This document shows positions 42,109-51,011 of a DNA stretch of 64,000 nucleotides, piece by piece. How positions within the stretch are numbered: position 1 is the first letter of the stretch; each line of letters starts with the position of its first letter. Made by a program: the position numbers and the translations under genes. The notes beneath the pieces are model-generated. The model was not told the origin of the DNA and made no database searches. It saw only the letters and a program-made list of their open reading frames with translations. The DNA comes from Rhabdothermincola salaria (GTDB taxonomy: Bacteria; Actinomycetota; Acidimicrobiia; Acidimicrobiales; Acidimicrobilacustridaceae): positions 434,001 to 498,000 of the forward strand of contig NZ_JAJQXW010000002.1 of the NCBI RefSeq assembly GCF_021246445.1, given 5' to 3'.

Positions 42109-42582
42109 CTACTCCTCCTCGACGCACCCCAGGATGGCGTCGAGGAACCCGTCGGGCGGCTCGTCGCTCTCGAGCGCCTCCGCCAGGTCGCTCATCTCGA
42201 AGTCCGAGAGGGCATCGCGCACGCAGTCCTCGTCGACCGTGGCGCCGCTGTCGGAGATCTCGGAGATCATCGAGTCGATGAAGGCGTCGCGGTCGAGGCA
42301 GCCGAAGATCTCCGTGCCCAACGCCTCGCCTTCGGCGGACAGCTCGGGGTCGCCGTCGACCCCGGCGGCGACGAGCGCGGCGGCGTCCTCGTCGGACAGG
42401 TTGGAGGCGACGTCCTCCGCGCATGCCTGATCCATGGCCAGGCCTTCCTCTTCCATGGCCGTGTTCAGCATGTCGACGACTTCCTGCTGGTCGTCGCTGA
42501 GGCTGGCGCCACCGTCGTCGCTCGAACAGGCGCCGAGGAACAGCGCGGCGGCCGCCGCCATGAACAAGAGCTTCCGCATCAT
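42109..42582 (-). CDS. acidic Cys-containing lipoprotein, paralog 2
   Basis: MMRKLLFMAAAAALFLGAC lipobox. Colinear with 41456-41920 (DDGGASLSDDQQEVVD identical). Confidence 0.8.
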   Translation of the reverse strand: MMRKLLFMAAAAALFLGACSSDDGGASLSDDQQEVVDMLNTAMEEEGLAMDQACAEDVASNLSDEDAAALVAAGVDGDPELSAEGEALGTEIFGCLDRDAFIDSMISEISDSGATVDEDCVRDALSDFEMSDLAEALESDEPPDGFLDAILGCVEEE

Positions 42583-42798
42583 CGTGGCCCCTTCGGTCCG
42601 GTTGCCTGGCTGAACGCTAGCGCCCCGTCCGGGCGCCCCGGGGGTGTTCGTCACCCCGTCGGTCCCACCGAGGGAGGCGGGACACAGCCCCGGCCGCCGC
42701 TTGCGCCGCCGGTGGCGGTGGGGGTGGACTGGGCCCGAGCGACCGGGCCCGGTCGCGGGGGAGAGCGCCGGCGATCGTCGGCGAGGGGAGAGGGCTCG

Positions 42799-44478
42799 AT
42801 GGCTGCGCACGACCTGGTGATCCGCAACGGCACGGTGGTGGACGGCACCGGGGCGCCGCGCCGCGAGGCGGACGTCGCCGTCGACGGTGGCCGCATCGTG
42901 GCGGTGGGCGACGTCGAGGGGCGCGGCCGGCGAGAGCTGGAGGCCGACGGACTGCTCGTCACGCCGGGCTGGGTCGACGTGCACACCCACTACGACGGCC
43001 AGGCCACCTGGGATCCGCAGCTCACGCCGTCGTCGTGGCACGGCGTCACCACCGTGGTCATGGGCAACTGCGGGGTGGGCTTCGCCCCGGTGGCCCCCGA
43101 CCGCCACGAGTGGCTGGTCGCACTGATGGAGGGCGTGGAGGACATCCCGGGTACCGCCCTGCACGAGGGCATCACCTGGGAGTGGGAGAGCTTTCCCGAA
43201 TACCTCGATGCCCTCGGCCGCACCCCCAAGGCCATCGACCTCGCCGCCCAGGTGCCCCACGCCGCGCTGCGTGGCTACGTCATGGGCGACCGCGGCGCCG
43301 AGCATGCCGAGCTCCCCACGCCCGACGAGATCGACCGCATGGGTCGTCTCGCGGCGGAGGCGATCGAGGCGGGGGCCCTGGGCTTCACCACGTCGCGCAC
43401 CATCGCCCACCGCTCCGTCGACGGCCGCCCCACGCCGAGCCTCACCGCCACCGCCGACGAGCTGCTCGGCATCGCCCGAGCCGTCGGCGCCACCGGCAAG
43501 GGTGTCTTCCAGGCCGTCGCCGACCTCGTCGACGTCGACGTCGAGTTCGCCCTCCTGCGGGCCATGGCCGAGGTCAGCGGTCGGCCCCTCTCGATCACCA
43601 CGCTCCAGCGCGCCGAGCAGTCCCCCGACGCGTACCGTCGCCTCCTCGAGCTCATCGCCGCAGCCGCCGCCGACGGGCTGGAGGTCCGGGGGCAGGTGGC
43701 GTCGCGACCGGTGGGCCTGGTCCTGAGCCTGGAGGGCCGGCTGCACCCGCTGGTCGCCTCGCCCACCTACCAGGCCATGGCTGAGCGCCCCCTGTCCGAG
43801 CGAGTGGCCGAGCTGCGCCGCCCCGAGGTGCGCGAGCGGGTGCTCGGTGAGCTCGCCGACCCCGCCACCGACATCGTGGGTCGCCTGGGGCCCACCTTCG
43901 CCTTCGGCGACGAGCCCCGCTACGACCCTCGCCCTGCTGATCGCCTCGATCTGGCCGCGGCCTACGACGCGCTGCTCGCCGACGAGGGTCGGGGCGTGCT
44001 CTACGTGCCCATCATGAACTTCACCGACGGCGATCTGGCGGCCGTGCGCGAGATGCTCGTGCACCCTCGCACGGTGCCCGGCCTGGGTGACGCCGGGGCC
44101 CACTGCACCATGATCTGCGACGCCAGCTTCCCCACCCACCTGCTGCAGTACTGGGGGCGCGACGTCGCCGAGGACCAGCGCCTCGGCGTGGAGTGGGTCG
44201 TGGCGCGCCAGGCTGCCGCCACGGCCGCCCTCGTCGGGCTCGGCGACCGCGGCACCCTGCAGGTGGGGAAGCGGGCCGACGTGAACCTGATCGATCTCGA
44301 CGCCCTGACCCTGCACAACCCCGAGATGCGCTACGACCTCCCGGCGGGGGGCAAGCGCCTGGTGCAGCGGGTCGACGGCTACCGGGCCACGATCGTGGCC
44401 GGCGAGGTCGTCCGGGCCGACGGCGAGGACACCGGTGCCTTGCCCGGGCAACTGGTGAGAGGCGCCCGCCCCGCCTGA
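42799..44478 (+). CDS. N-acyl-D-amino-acid deacylase family amidohydrolase
   Basis: TPGWVDVHTHYD, GVTTVVMGNCG, DAGAH, DRG....GKRAD, TGALPG. Confidence 0.92.
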   Translation: MAAHDLVIRNGTVVDGTGAPRREADVAVDGGRIVAVGDVEGRGRRELEADGLLVTPGWVDVHTHYDGQATWDPQLTPSSWHGVTTVVMGNCGVGFAPVAPDRHEWLVALMEGVEDIPGTALHEGITWEWESFPEYLDALGRTPKAIDLAAQVPHAALRGYVMGDRGAEHAELPTPDEIDRMGRLAAEAIEAGALGFTTSRTIAHRSVDGRPTPSLTATADELLGIARAVGATGKGVFQAVADLVDVDVEFALLRAMAEVSGRPLSITTLQRAEQSPDAYRRLLELIAAAAADGLEVRGQVASRPVGLVLSLEGRLHPLVASPTYQAMAERPLSERVAELRRPEVRERVLGELADPATDIVGRLGPTFAFGDEPRYDPRPADRLDLAAAYDALLADEGRGVLYVPIMNFTDGDLAAVREMLVHPRTVPGLGDAGAHCTMICDASFPTHLLQYWGRDVAEDQRLGVEWVVARQAAATAALVGLGDRGTLQVGKRADVNLIDLDALTLHNPEMRYDLPAGGKRLVQRVDGYRATIVAGEVVRADGEDTGALPGQLVRGARPA

Positions 44479-44683
44479 GGGGAGCCCCTGTCCGAGCGGT
44501 CTGCTGTCCGGGGGCCGCCGATGGTGGCGGTGGGGCGGTCCCGGGTCGTTCGGCCCCCGTCGGGCCCGCGTCCGGCTCTGTCGCTGTTCCGGGTCCCTCG
44601 GTACCGTCACCGACGGAGGGTGTGGCGAACCCGTCGGGTCGCTCACGGCCCACGGAGGCGCTGCGCCGTCGGAGGTGGTCGTC

Positions 44684-45310
44684 ATGAACGGTGCCGTCTG
44701 CCCGGCCTGCGGGGCTCCTCGACACCCCGGGGCGCTGGCCTGCGATCGCTGCGGACTGGTCGTCGACGAGCCGGAGGGTCGGGGTCTGCTGTGGGCGGCG
44801 ATCGCCGTGGTGGTGATCGGCGTCGTGATCGCCGGTGGCATCGTGGTGTGGGCCGCCCGCTCCGGCGGCGGCGGCGCGGGCGAGGTGTTCGTGGCCAGCG
44901 GCCAGGCGTCCTCCACGTCGACGACGTCGACGACGTCGACCACCACCACCACCACGGAGCCGACCACGACCCCGACGCCGGCCCCCGCGCCCCCTCCTTC
45001 GGCGCCGGTCACCACGGCCCCGTTCGACTGGACCACCGCGGTGGGCAGCCCCTACGAGGCGATCGCCGACTGGGCCACCGCACTGGGGCTGAACTACGTG
45101 GGGCTGTGCGACCAGCTCGACTCCATGGCCGACCATGGCGTCGACCCCTGGTGCGCCAGCGTGTTCGCTGACCGCGGAGCCGAGGTCGTGTTCCGCCTCG
45201 CCGACTTCCCCGGCGGCGACTTCGGGGTCTGGGTCCTCACCGCGGCGACCCCTTCCGGCTGGCAGGTCGTGGACGACGCCGAGGACACCGGCGGCGGCCC
45301 GCCCTTCTGA
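44684..45310 (+). CDS. zinc-ribbon membrane protein with Thr-rich linker
   Basis: CPACG...CDRCG, TM helix, poly-Thr/Pro linker, small C-terminal domain. GGAGG SD. Confidence 0.7.
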   Translation: MNGAVCPACGAPRHPGALACDRCGLVVDEPEGRGLLWAAIAVVVIGVVIAGGIVVWAARSGGGGAGEVFVASGQASSTSTTSTTSTTTTTTEPTTTPTPAPAPPPSAPVTTAPFDWTTAVGSPYEAIADWATALGLNYVGLCDQLDSMADHGVDPWCASVFADRGAEVVFRLADFPGGDFGVWVLTAATPSGWQVVDDAEDTGGGPPF

Positions 45311-45566
45311 ACGTGTCCCCCGGGGGCGCGCGGCAGGCATCCCCGCGTTCTGGTCCCTGTGTGTTGCTGCGCCGTGTCCGGGAGATGACCGAGGGGGTGC
45401 GGCCCCGCCGAGAGGTGGCGGAACGGACCATCGCCTCTGTGGGATCGGGCCCGGAGCGAGTAGAAATGGGTGATCGGCGGCGTGTCGAAGAGGGGCCGCC
45501 TGCGACCCCTCACCCGGGCGCCGTCGAGCGCAGGTCTGTACCCACACCACGACCCACGGGGCCATT

Positions 45567-46454
45567 GTGAACCAAGAGCAGCTGAACAAGATCGCCGCCG
45601 GCAACGGCTTCATCGCCGCCCTCGACCAGAGCGGCGGCAGCACCCCCAAGGCCCTCCGGCTGTACGGCATCGAGGAGTCGACCTACTCCTCCGAGGACGA
45701 GATGTTCGACCTCGTCCACCAGATGCGCAGCCGCATCGTCACCAGCCCCGCCTTCAGCGGCGAGCGCATCATCGGCGCCATCCTCTTCGAGATGACCATG
45801 GACCGTGAGATCGGCGGCAAGGGCTCGGCCGCCTACCTGTGGCAGGACAAGGGCGTCGTGCCGTTCCTCAAGGTCGACAAGGGCCTCGCCGACGACGCCG
45901 ACGGCGTCCAGCTCATGAAGCCCATGCCCGGCCTCGACGAGCTCCTCGAGCGGGCCAAGGGCAAGGGCGTGTTCGGCACCAAGATGCGCTCGGTCATCAA
46001 GCTCGGCAACGCCGCCGGCGTGGGTGCCGTCGTCGGCCAGCAGTTCGAGGTCGGCCGTCAGATCCTGGGTCACGGTCTGGTCCCGATCATCGAACCCGAG
46101 ATCGACATCAAGAGCCCGGAGAAGGCCCAGGCCGAGGGGCTGCTCAAGGACGGCATCCTGGCCGCACTGGCCGACATCGCCGAGGGCCAGCAGGTGATGC
46201 TGAAGCTCACCCTCCCGGAGGCCGACGGCTTCTACACCGAGCTCGTCGAGCATCCCAAGGTGCTCAAGGTGGTGGCCCTCTCCGGGGGCTACACCCGCGA
46301 CGAGGCCAACGCCCGCCTGGCCCGCAACCCGGGTGTGGTGGCGTCGTTCTCCCGGGCGCTCACCGAGGGCCTCACCGCCCAGCAGACCGACGACGAGTTC
46401 AACGCCATGCTCGACGGCTCCATCCAGAGCATCTACGAGGCGTCGATCGCCTGA
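45567..46454 (+). CDS. fda: fructose-bisphosphate aldolase class I
   Basis: [51 protein letters not shown]. Confidence 0.95.
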   Translation: MNQEQLNKIAAGNGFIAALDQSGGSTPKALRLYGIEESTYSSEDEMFDLVHQMRSRIVTSPAFSGERIIGAILFEMTMDREIGGKGSAAYLWQDKGVVPFLKVDKGLADDADGVQLMKPMPGLDELLERAKGKGVFGTKMRSVIKLGNAAGVGAVVGQQFEVGRQILGHGLVPIIEPEIDIKSPEKAQAEGLLKDGILAALADIAEGQQVMLKLTLPEADGFYTELVEHPKVLKVVALSGGYTRDEANARLARNPGVVASFSRALTEGLTAQQTDDEFNAMLDGSIQSIYEASIA

Positions 46455-46507
46455 CCGGGCGCCGGCTCCGGTCGGTGCAGTGCGGCCCCGGCCCGTCCCT
46501 CAGGGGT

Positions 46508-47266
46508 TCAGGACCGGGGCCGTGCCGCGTGGACGAGACGACCGCCGCGACCGAGGGCCGTCTCGGGGACGGGTTCGGTGTCACCGGCGTAGTGCTGGGT
46601 CGACGGCCCGGCCCGGTAGTTGAGGAAGGCGTGGTGGCGGTCGCCGCAGGTCACCGCGTAGCGGGTGTCGGCGGGGATGTGGACTGCGGTGCCGGCGGGC
46701 ACCGGGTGGGCCCCGAGGTGGATCTCGCCGTCGATCACGAAGATGATCTCCTCGGCGCTGTGGGTGTGGGCCCGACCCCGGTTCCCGGGGGTGTCGCGCT
46801 CGACCTTCATGAGGGTCACGTCGCAACCCTCGCAGGTGGAGTCGGCGAACCAGGTGGCGAACGACGCGTCGCGCGAGCCGGACACGGCCCAGCCGTCGGG
46901 CCCGACGAGGTGCCGCCCCGCCGGTGGGTCGTCCTCGACGCTCGACGGGGTCGACCAGAAGTGGGCCAGGCGCGACGCTTCGGTGGCGGCGAGGGTGACG
47001 GGGCCGCCGGCGTGCAGCACCAGCGCACCGCCCGTGGCGAGGGCTGCACCGTCCACGTCCACGGCACCGGTGAGCAGGTACACGGCGTCCTCGCCGTGCT
47101 CGGCGGGCCACGACATGGTGGCTCCGGCCTCGAGCTCGACGATCACCAGACGCAGGTCTCCCCCGGTCACCAGCGGGCCGAGCCGAGCCCCTCGGCTCAC
47201 CTGGCACGAGCCGGGGTGTTCGGCGACGGCCGGGGAACCGTCGACCTCGGTGATGGTCAGGCGCAC
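46508..47266 (-). CDS. bicupin-like protein
   Basis: HGEDAVYLLTG and HTHSAEEIIFVIDG...GTAVHIPA cupin motifs, with CEGC between them. Confidence 0.75.
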   Translation of the reverse strand: MRLTITEVDGSPAVAEHPGSCQVSRGARLGPLVTGGDLRLVIVELEAGATMSWPAEHGEDAVYLLTGAVDVDGAALATGGALVLHAGGPVTLAATEASRLAHFWSTPSSVEDDPPAGRHLVGPDGWAVSGSRDASFATWFADSTCEGCDVTLMKVERDTPGNRGRAHTHSAEEIIFVIDGEIHLGAHPVPAGTAVHIPADTRYAVTCGDRHHAFLNYRAGPSTQHYAGDTEPVPETALGRGGRLVHAARPRS

Positions 47267-47319
47267 GGGGCGAGGATAGGGGCGCGCCGTGGGGTCGGGG
47301 CCACCTACGCTCGGCGGAC

Positions 47320-48057
47320 GTGCCCCACGCCACCCAACCCCGGTTGTCGGGCCCGCTCGGCGCGGCGGTGGCGCTGACCGCGGCTGCCGGCTTCTCCGAC
47401 GCGCACATCTTCCTGCACGTCACCGATGTGTTCGTGGCCAACATGAGCGGCAACCTGGTGCTGGCCGGGATGGCGCTCGGGGAGGGCAGCTGGCGGGCCG
47501 GCGCCCGTCACGGCACCGCCCTGGTCTCGTTCGCTCTCGGCGCGGCGGTGGCCAACTGGTTCCATGCCCGCAACCGCCGCCGCGACCGCCCGATGCGCCC
47601 GGACCTGGTGTTGGCCTTCGAGGCGGGCCTCATGGTGCTCGTCGTCGTCTGGATCGCCGTGCTGGGCGGCGAGCACGCCGGCGAGACCGGGTTCGTGTAC
47701 CCGGTCATCGGGGTGGGCGCCTTCGCCATGGGCATGCAGAACGCGGCGTTGTTGCGGGTCGGGGCGGTGGCGGTGGCCACGACCTATGCGTCGGGGTCGG
47801 TGGCCCGGCTCGGGGCCGAGTCGGCCTTGATGGTCTCGGCCCCCGGCGTGGACGAGCGGTCACCGCACGCCCGGGCCGCCCGGGTCCTGGCCGCTGTGGT
47901 CCTCGCCTACCTCGGCGGCGCGGCCCTCGCCGCGTGGGCCGGTTCGGCGGCCGGCTGGTTGCTCATCCCGGTGGTGGTGTTGGCCGCGACCGCCCTGGCC
48001 ACCCACCGACGCCTGGCCGAGGAGCCGTGGGACGTCGACATCCGCCCCCCGGCGTAG
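47320..48057 (+). CDS. YoaK/DUF1275 family membrane protein
   Basis: AGFSDA, FVANMSGN, FAMGMQNA, TTYASG. Confidence 0.88.
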   Translation: MPHATQPRLSGPLGAAVALTAAAGFSDAHIFLHVTDVFVANMSGNLVLAGMALGEGSWRAGARHGTALVSFALGAAVANWFHARNRRRDRPMRPDLVLAFEAGLMVLVVVWIAVLGGEHAGETGFVYPVIGVGAFAMGMQNAALLRVGAVAVATTYASGSVARLGAESALMVSAPGVDERSPHARAARVLAAVVLAYLGGAALAAWAGSAAGWLLIPVVVLAATALATHRRLAEEPWDVDIRPPA

Positions 48058-48106
48058 TTGTCGGCAAAGGGCGCTGGGGGGTGACGCCCTTTCCCGACAG
48101 CTACGC
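48052..48106. terminator. long imperfect inverted repeat between convergent genes (bidirectional terminator or REP-like)
   Basis: GCGTAGTTGTCGGCAAAGGGCG / CGCCCTTTCCCGACAGCTACGC, 22-bp arms. Confidence 0.65.
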
Positions 48107-48139
48107 GTGGGAGCGGGTCGGGTGGGGGAGGGTCGTGGG

Positions 48140-49363
48140 CTAGGCCGAGCCGGTGCGGGTGCGAGAGCCGGCGAAGCGCATGGTGAGCGGGTCGGCGTAG
48201 CGCGTGAGCACCGGGCCCACCACGGCGAGGATCAGCACGTAGGCGGTGGCCAGGGCGCCGATGTCGGGCTCGACCGCGTTGGTGGTGGCCAGGGTGGCGA
48301 TGACGATCGAGAACTCGCCGCGGGCGACCAGCACGGTGCCGGCCCGGACGCGGCCTCGGACACCGATGCCGGCCCGGTTGGCCGCCCACCACCCCGTGAA
48401 CATCTTGGTGGCGGCGGTGACGACGGCCAGGGCCAGCGCGATCGGCAGGGCCCGGAGGATGGCGCTGGGCTCGATGGTGAAGGTGAAGAAGACGAAGAAC
48501 ACCCCGGCGAACAGGTCGCGCAGCGGGGCGAGGAGCTCGGCGCCGCGATGGGCCGACGGTCCCGAGACGGCGATGCCCACCAGGAAGGCACCGACGGCGG
48601 CGGACACCTGCAACGCCTCGGCGGCGCCGGCGATGACCAGGGCCAGGCCGAGGATGCTGAAGAGCAGGACCTCGTTGGAGCGGGCGAAGATCAGCCGCCC
48701 CAGCACGTCGGTGTGGCGCACCGACAAGAAGAGCGCCAGGGCCACGACCGCCATGGCCACCACGACGCCGATGACCATGCTGGAGAAGGCGCCACCCACG
48801 GCGAGGCCGGCCACGATGGGCAGGTAGACGGCCATCACCAGGTCCTCGATGACGAGGATGGCCAGCACGGTCGGGGTCTCGCGGTTGCCCAGTCGTCCGA
48901 GGTCGCCGAGGACCTTGGCGATGATGCCGGACGACGAGATGTAGGTGATGCCACCCAGGAAGACGGCGGCCAGGGGCGACCAGCCGAGGACGAGGCCGAA
49001 GGCCAGGCCAGGCAGGAAGTTGAGCACCAGATCCACCGCGCCGGCACCGGCCGAGGCGCGCAACGCACCCATCAGCTCCTGGGGCGTGTACTCGAGGCCG
49101 AGCATGAGCAACAGCAGGACCACGCCGATCTCGGCGCCGACCTCGATGAACTCGTCGGTGGCGGTGAGGTCGAAGAGGCCCCCGTCGCGCAGGAGCAGCC
49201 CGGTCATGAGGAACAGTGGGATCGGGGAGAGGCCGATCCGGTTGGCCAGCCGGGCCATGAGGCCGAGGGCGAGGAGGACCCCGCCGATCTCGAGCAGGGT
49301 GCGGGCGACGCCTTCGCCGCCGGCGGCGAGGATCGTGGGGACCACGCCGGCCAGAGCGGTCAC
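48140..49363 (-). CDS. CPA2 cation:proton antiporter (KhtU-like)
   Basis: GVVLLLLMLGLE, ISSSGII, LVIEDL, GAFLVG, RGEFS, many TM helices. Confidence 0.9.
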   Translation of the reverse strand: MTALAGVVPTILAAGGEGVARTLLEIGGVLLALGLMARLANRIGLSPIPLFLMTGLLLRDGGLFDLTATDEFIEVGAEIGVVLLLLMLGLEYTPQELMGALRASAGAGAVDLVLNFLPGLAFGLVLGWSPLAAVFLGGITYISSSGIIAKVLGDLGRLGNRETPTVLAILVIEDLVMAVYLPIVAGLAVGGAFSSMVIGVVVAMAVVALALFLSVRHTDVLGRLIFARSNEVLLFSILGLALVIAGAAEALQVSAAVGAFLVGIAVSGPSAHRGAELLAPLRDLFAGVFFVFFTFTIEPSAILRALPIALALAVVTAATKMFTGWWAANRAGIGVRGRVRAGTVLVARGEFSIVIATLATTNAVEPDIGALATAYVLILAVVGPVLTRYADPLTMRFAGSRTRTGSA

Positions 49364-49845
49364 CCGGCCGACGCGCCGAGCAGCTCGGCGGCCGCGACGA
49401 TGCCGTCCTTGGTGCCGACCAGCACGACCGTGTCCCCGGCCAGCATCTCGTCCTCCGGTCCGGGGGCGGGCACCGCGGTGCCGTCGCGCATGATGGCGAT
49501 GACCGACGAGCCGGTGCGGGTGCGCATCTCGGTGTCGGCGATGGTGATGGGGGTGAACTCGGGCGGGAGGGGCAACCAGTCGATGAACAGGCCCTCGATC
49601 TCGGCCGAGAGGGCGGCCAGCTGGGCGGTGATGCGGGTGCCGCCCAGCAGCTCGGCCATCGCCGCGCTCTCGGCCTGCGTCAGCTCGATGCGGGCGGCGA
49701 CGGCGTCGGGGTCGTCCTCGTCGTAGAGGACGACCTCACGCCGTCCGGAGTGCCGGGAGATGACGCCGACGCGTTCTCCCGCCTCGCACGACATCTCGAA
49801 CTCGATGCCGACGCCGGGCAGCTTGGTCTCGCGGATCTCGGGCAT
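49360..49845 (-). CDS. antiporter regulatory subunit with TrkA-C/RCK_C (KhtT-like)
   Basis: IRETKLPGVG, RTRTGSSVIAIMR, PAPGP..AGD. Overlaps the antiporter start. Confidence 0.88.
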   Translation of the reverse strand: MPEIRETKLPGVGIEFEMSCEAGERVGVISRHSGRREVVLYDEDDPDAVAARIELTQAESAAMAELLGGTRITAQLAALSAEIEGLFIDWLPLPPEFTPITIADTEMRTRTGSSVIAIMRDGTAVPAPGPEDEMLAGDTVVLVGTKDGIVAAAELLGASAG

Positions 49846-49907
49846 GTCCCATTGTCGCGTCCCCTGCTCGCCGGGGTGCGAGTCGACGGGTGCGAGCCGC
49901 TCCGCGC

Positions 49908-50891
49908 TCAGAGCGGGGGGAGCTCCTGGTCCAGTCCGATCAGGGGGGCGAGGGGGTCGCCGACCTCGGCCAGTCGGCCCTCGAGGTCCCGGATGGTCCA
50001 GCGGTCCGAGGCCAGCTCGGGGTCGTCGAGCTCGTCCCACTCGATGGGGACCGACACCGGCGCCCCGGCCGCGGGGCGCGTGCTCCATGGCGCCACCAGC
50101 GTCTTGTTGACGGCGTTCTGGGTGTAGTCGAGCCGGGCCAGGCCGCTGCGGTCGCTCTTGGACCACTTCCAGCTGACCAGGTCCGGCACCGTGGCGCCGA
50201 CGGCCCTAGACAGCTTCTCCACCCAGTCCCGCGTCTCGTCGAAGCCGTACCGGGGCGCCACCGGCACCCAGATCTGGATGCCCCGCTTGCCGGTGACCTT
50301 GGCGCCGGCCCGCACGTCGAGGTGCTCGAGGGCGGTGCGGTGCAGGCGGGCCAGGGTGAGCAGGTCGTCCCACGAGGTCTTGGCACCGGGATCGAGGTCG
50401 ATCAGCGCCCAGGTGGGCCGGCGCACGGCGGGGATGCGCGACGTCCAGGGGTTGAGCTCGATCGCCCCGTAGTTGGCCATCCAGGCCATGGCGGCGGGTG
50501 AGTCGACCACGAAGTACCACTCGGTGTCGCCTGCGGAGGCCCCTTCGTTGTGCCAGCGGCTCAGCCACTGCGGGGCGTGCGAGGGCACCGCCTTGTGCCA
50601 GAAGCCGTCGGTGTCGACGCCGTTCGGGAACCGGTTGAGGTTGACCGGTCGGTCGTAGAGGTAGGGGAGGGCGAACGGGGCGACCGAGGCGGCGTAGCGC
50701 ACCAGGTCGCGCTTGGTCGTGGCGGGACCGCCGTGGCGGCCGGGGAACAGGACCTTGTCGAGGTTGGTGAGCTTCACCTCGATCCCGCCGAGCGCCCACA
50801 GTCCCTCGTCGGCGAGCTCGTCCAGCGCGGCCAGCTCGTCGTCGGTGGGGAAGTCCCAGCCCGGAGGACGGGCCGGGGGGTCGGTCACCAC
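49908..50891 (-). CDS. stand-alone LigD-type primase-polymerase (Prim-Pol)
   Basis: LTNLDKVLFP, TKRDLVRY, RFPNG, IDLDP, KVTGKRGIQI, LDYTQN, APWSTR, PVSVPIEWDEL. Confidence 0.9.
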   Translation of the reverse strand: MVTDPPARPPGWDFPTDDELAALDELADEGLWALGGIEVKLTNLDKVLFPGRHGGPATTKRDLVRYAASVAPFALPYLYDRPVNLNRFPNGVDTDGFWHKAVPSHAPQWLSRWHNEGASAGDTEWYFVVDSPAAMAWMANYGAIELNPWTSRIPAVRRPTWALIDLDPGAKTSWDDLLTLARLHRTALEHLDVRAGAKVTGKRGIQIWVPVAPRYGFDETRDWVEKLSRAVGATVPDLVSWKWSKSDRSGLARLDYTQNAVNKTLVAPWSTRPAAGAPVSVPIEWDELDDPELASDRWTIRDLEGRLAEVGDPLAPLIGLDQELPPL

Positions 50892-51011
50892 GTTGACGGG
50901 AGAGCCCTCTGGGTCCGGACGCGCTGCCACGAGTCTGTTCGTACCCCATCGAGGCGGGCGGTGCCCGCCGAACCGGTCTGCCCCCGGCGTGGCGCCCGTA
51001 GCCTCCCGGGG

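Noticed and set aside
42109..45036. 975-aa minus-strand ORF
   Set aside because: Only the last 157 aa (lipoprotein) look real; the rest is antisense to the D-aminoacylase and zinc-ribbon genes.
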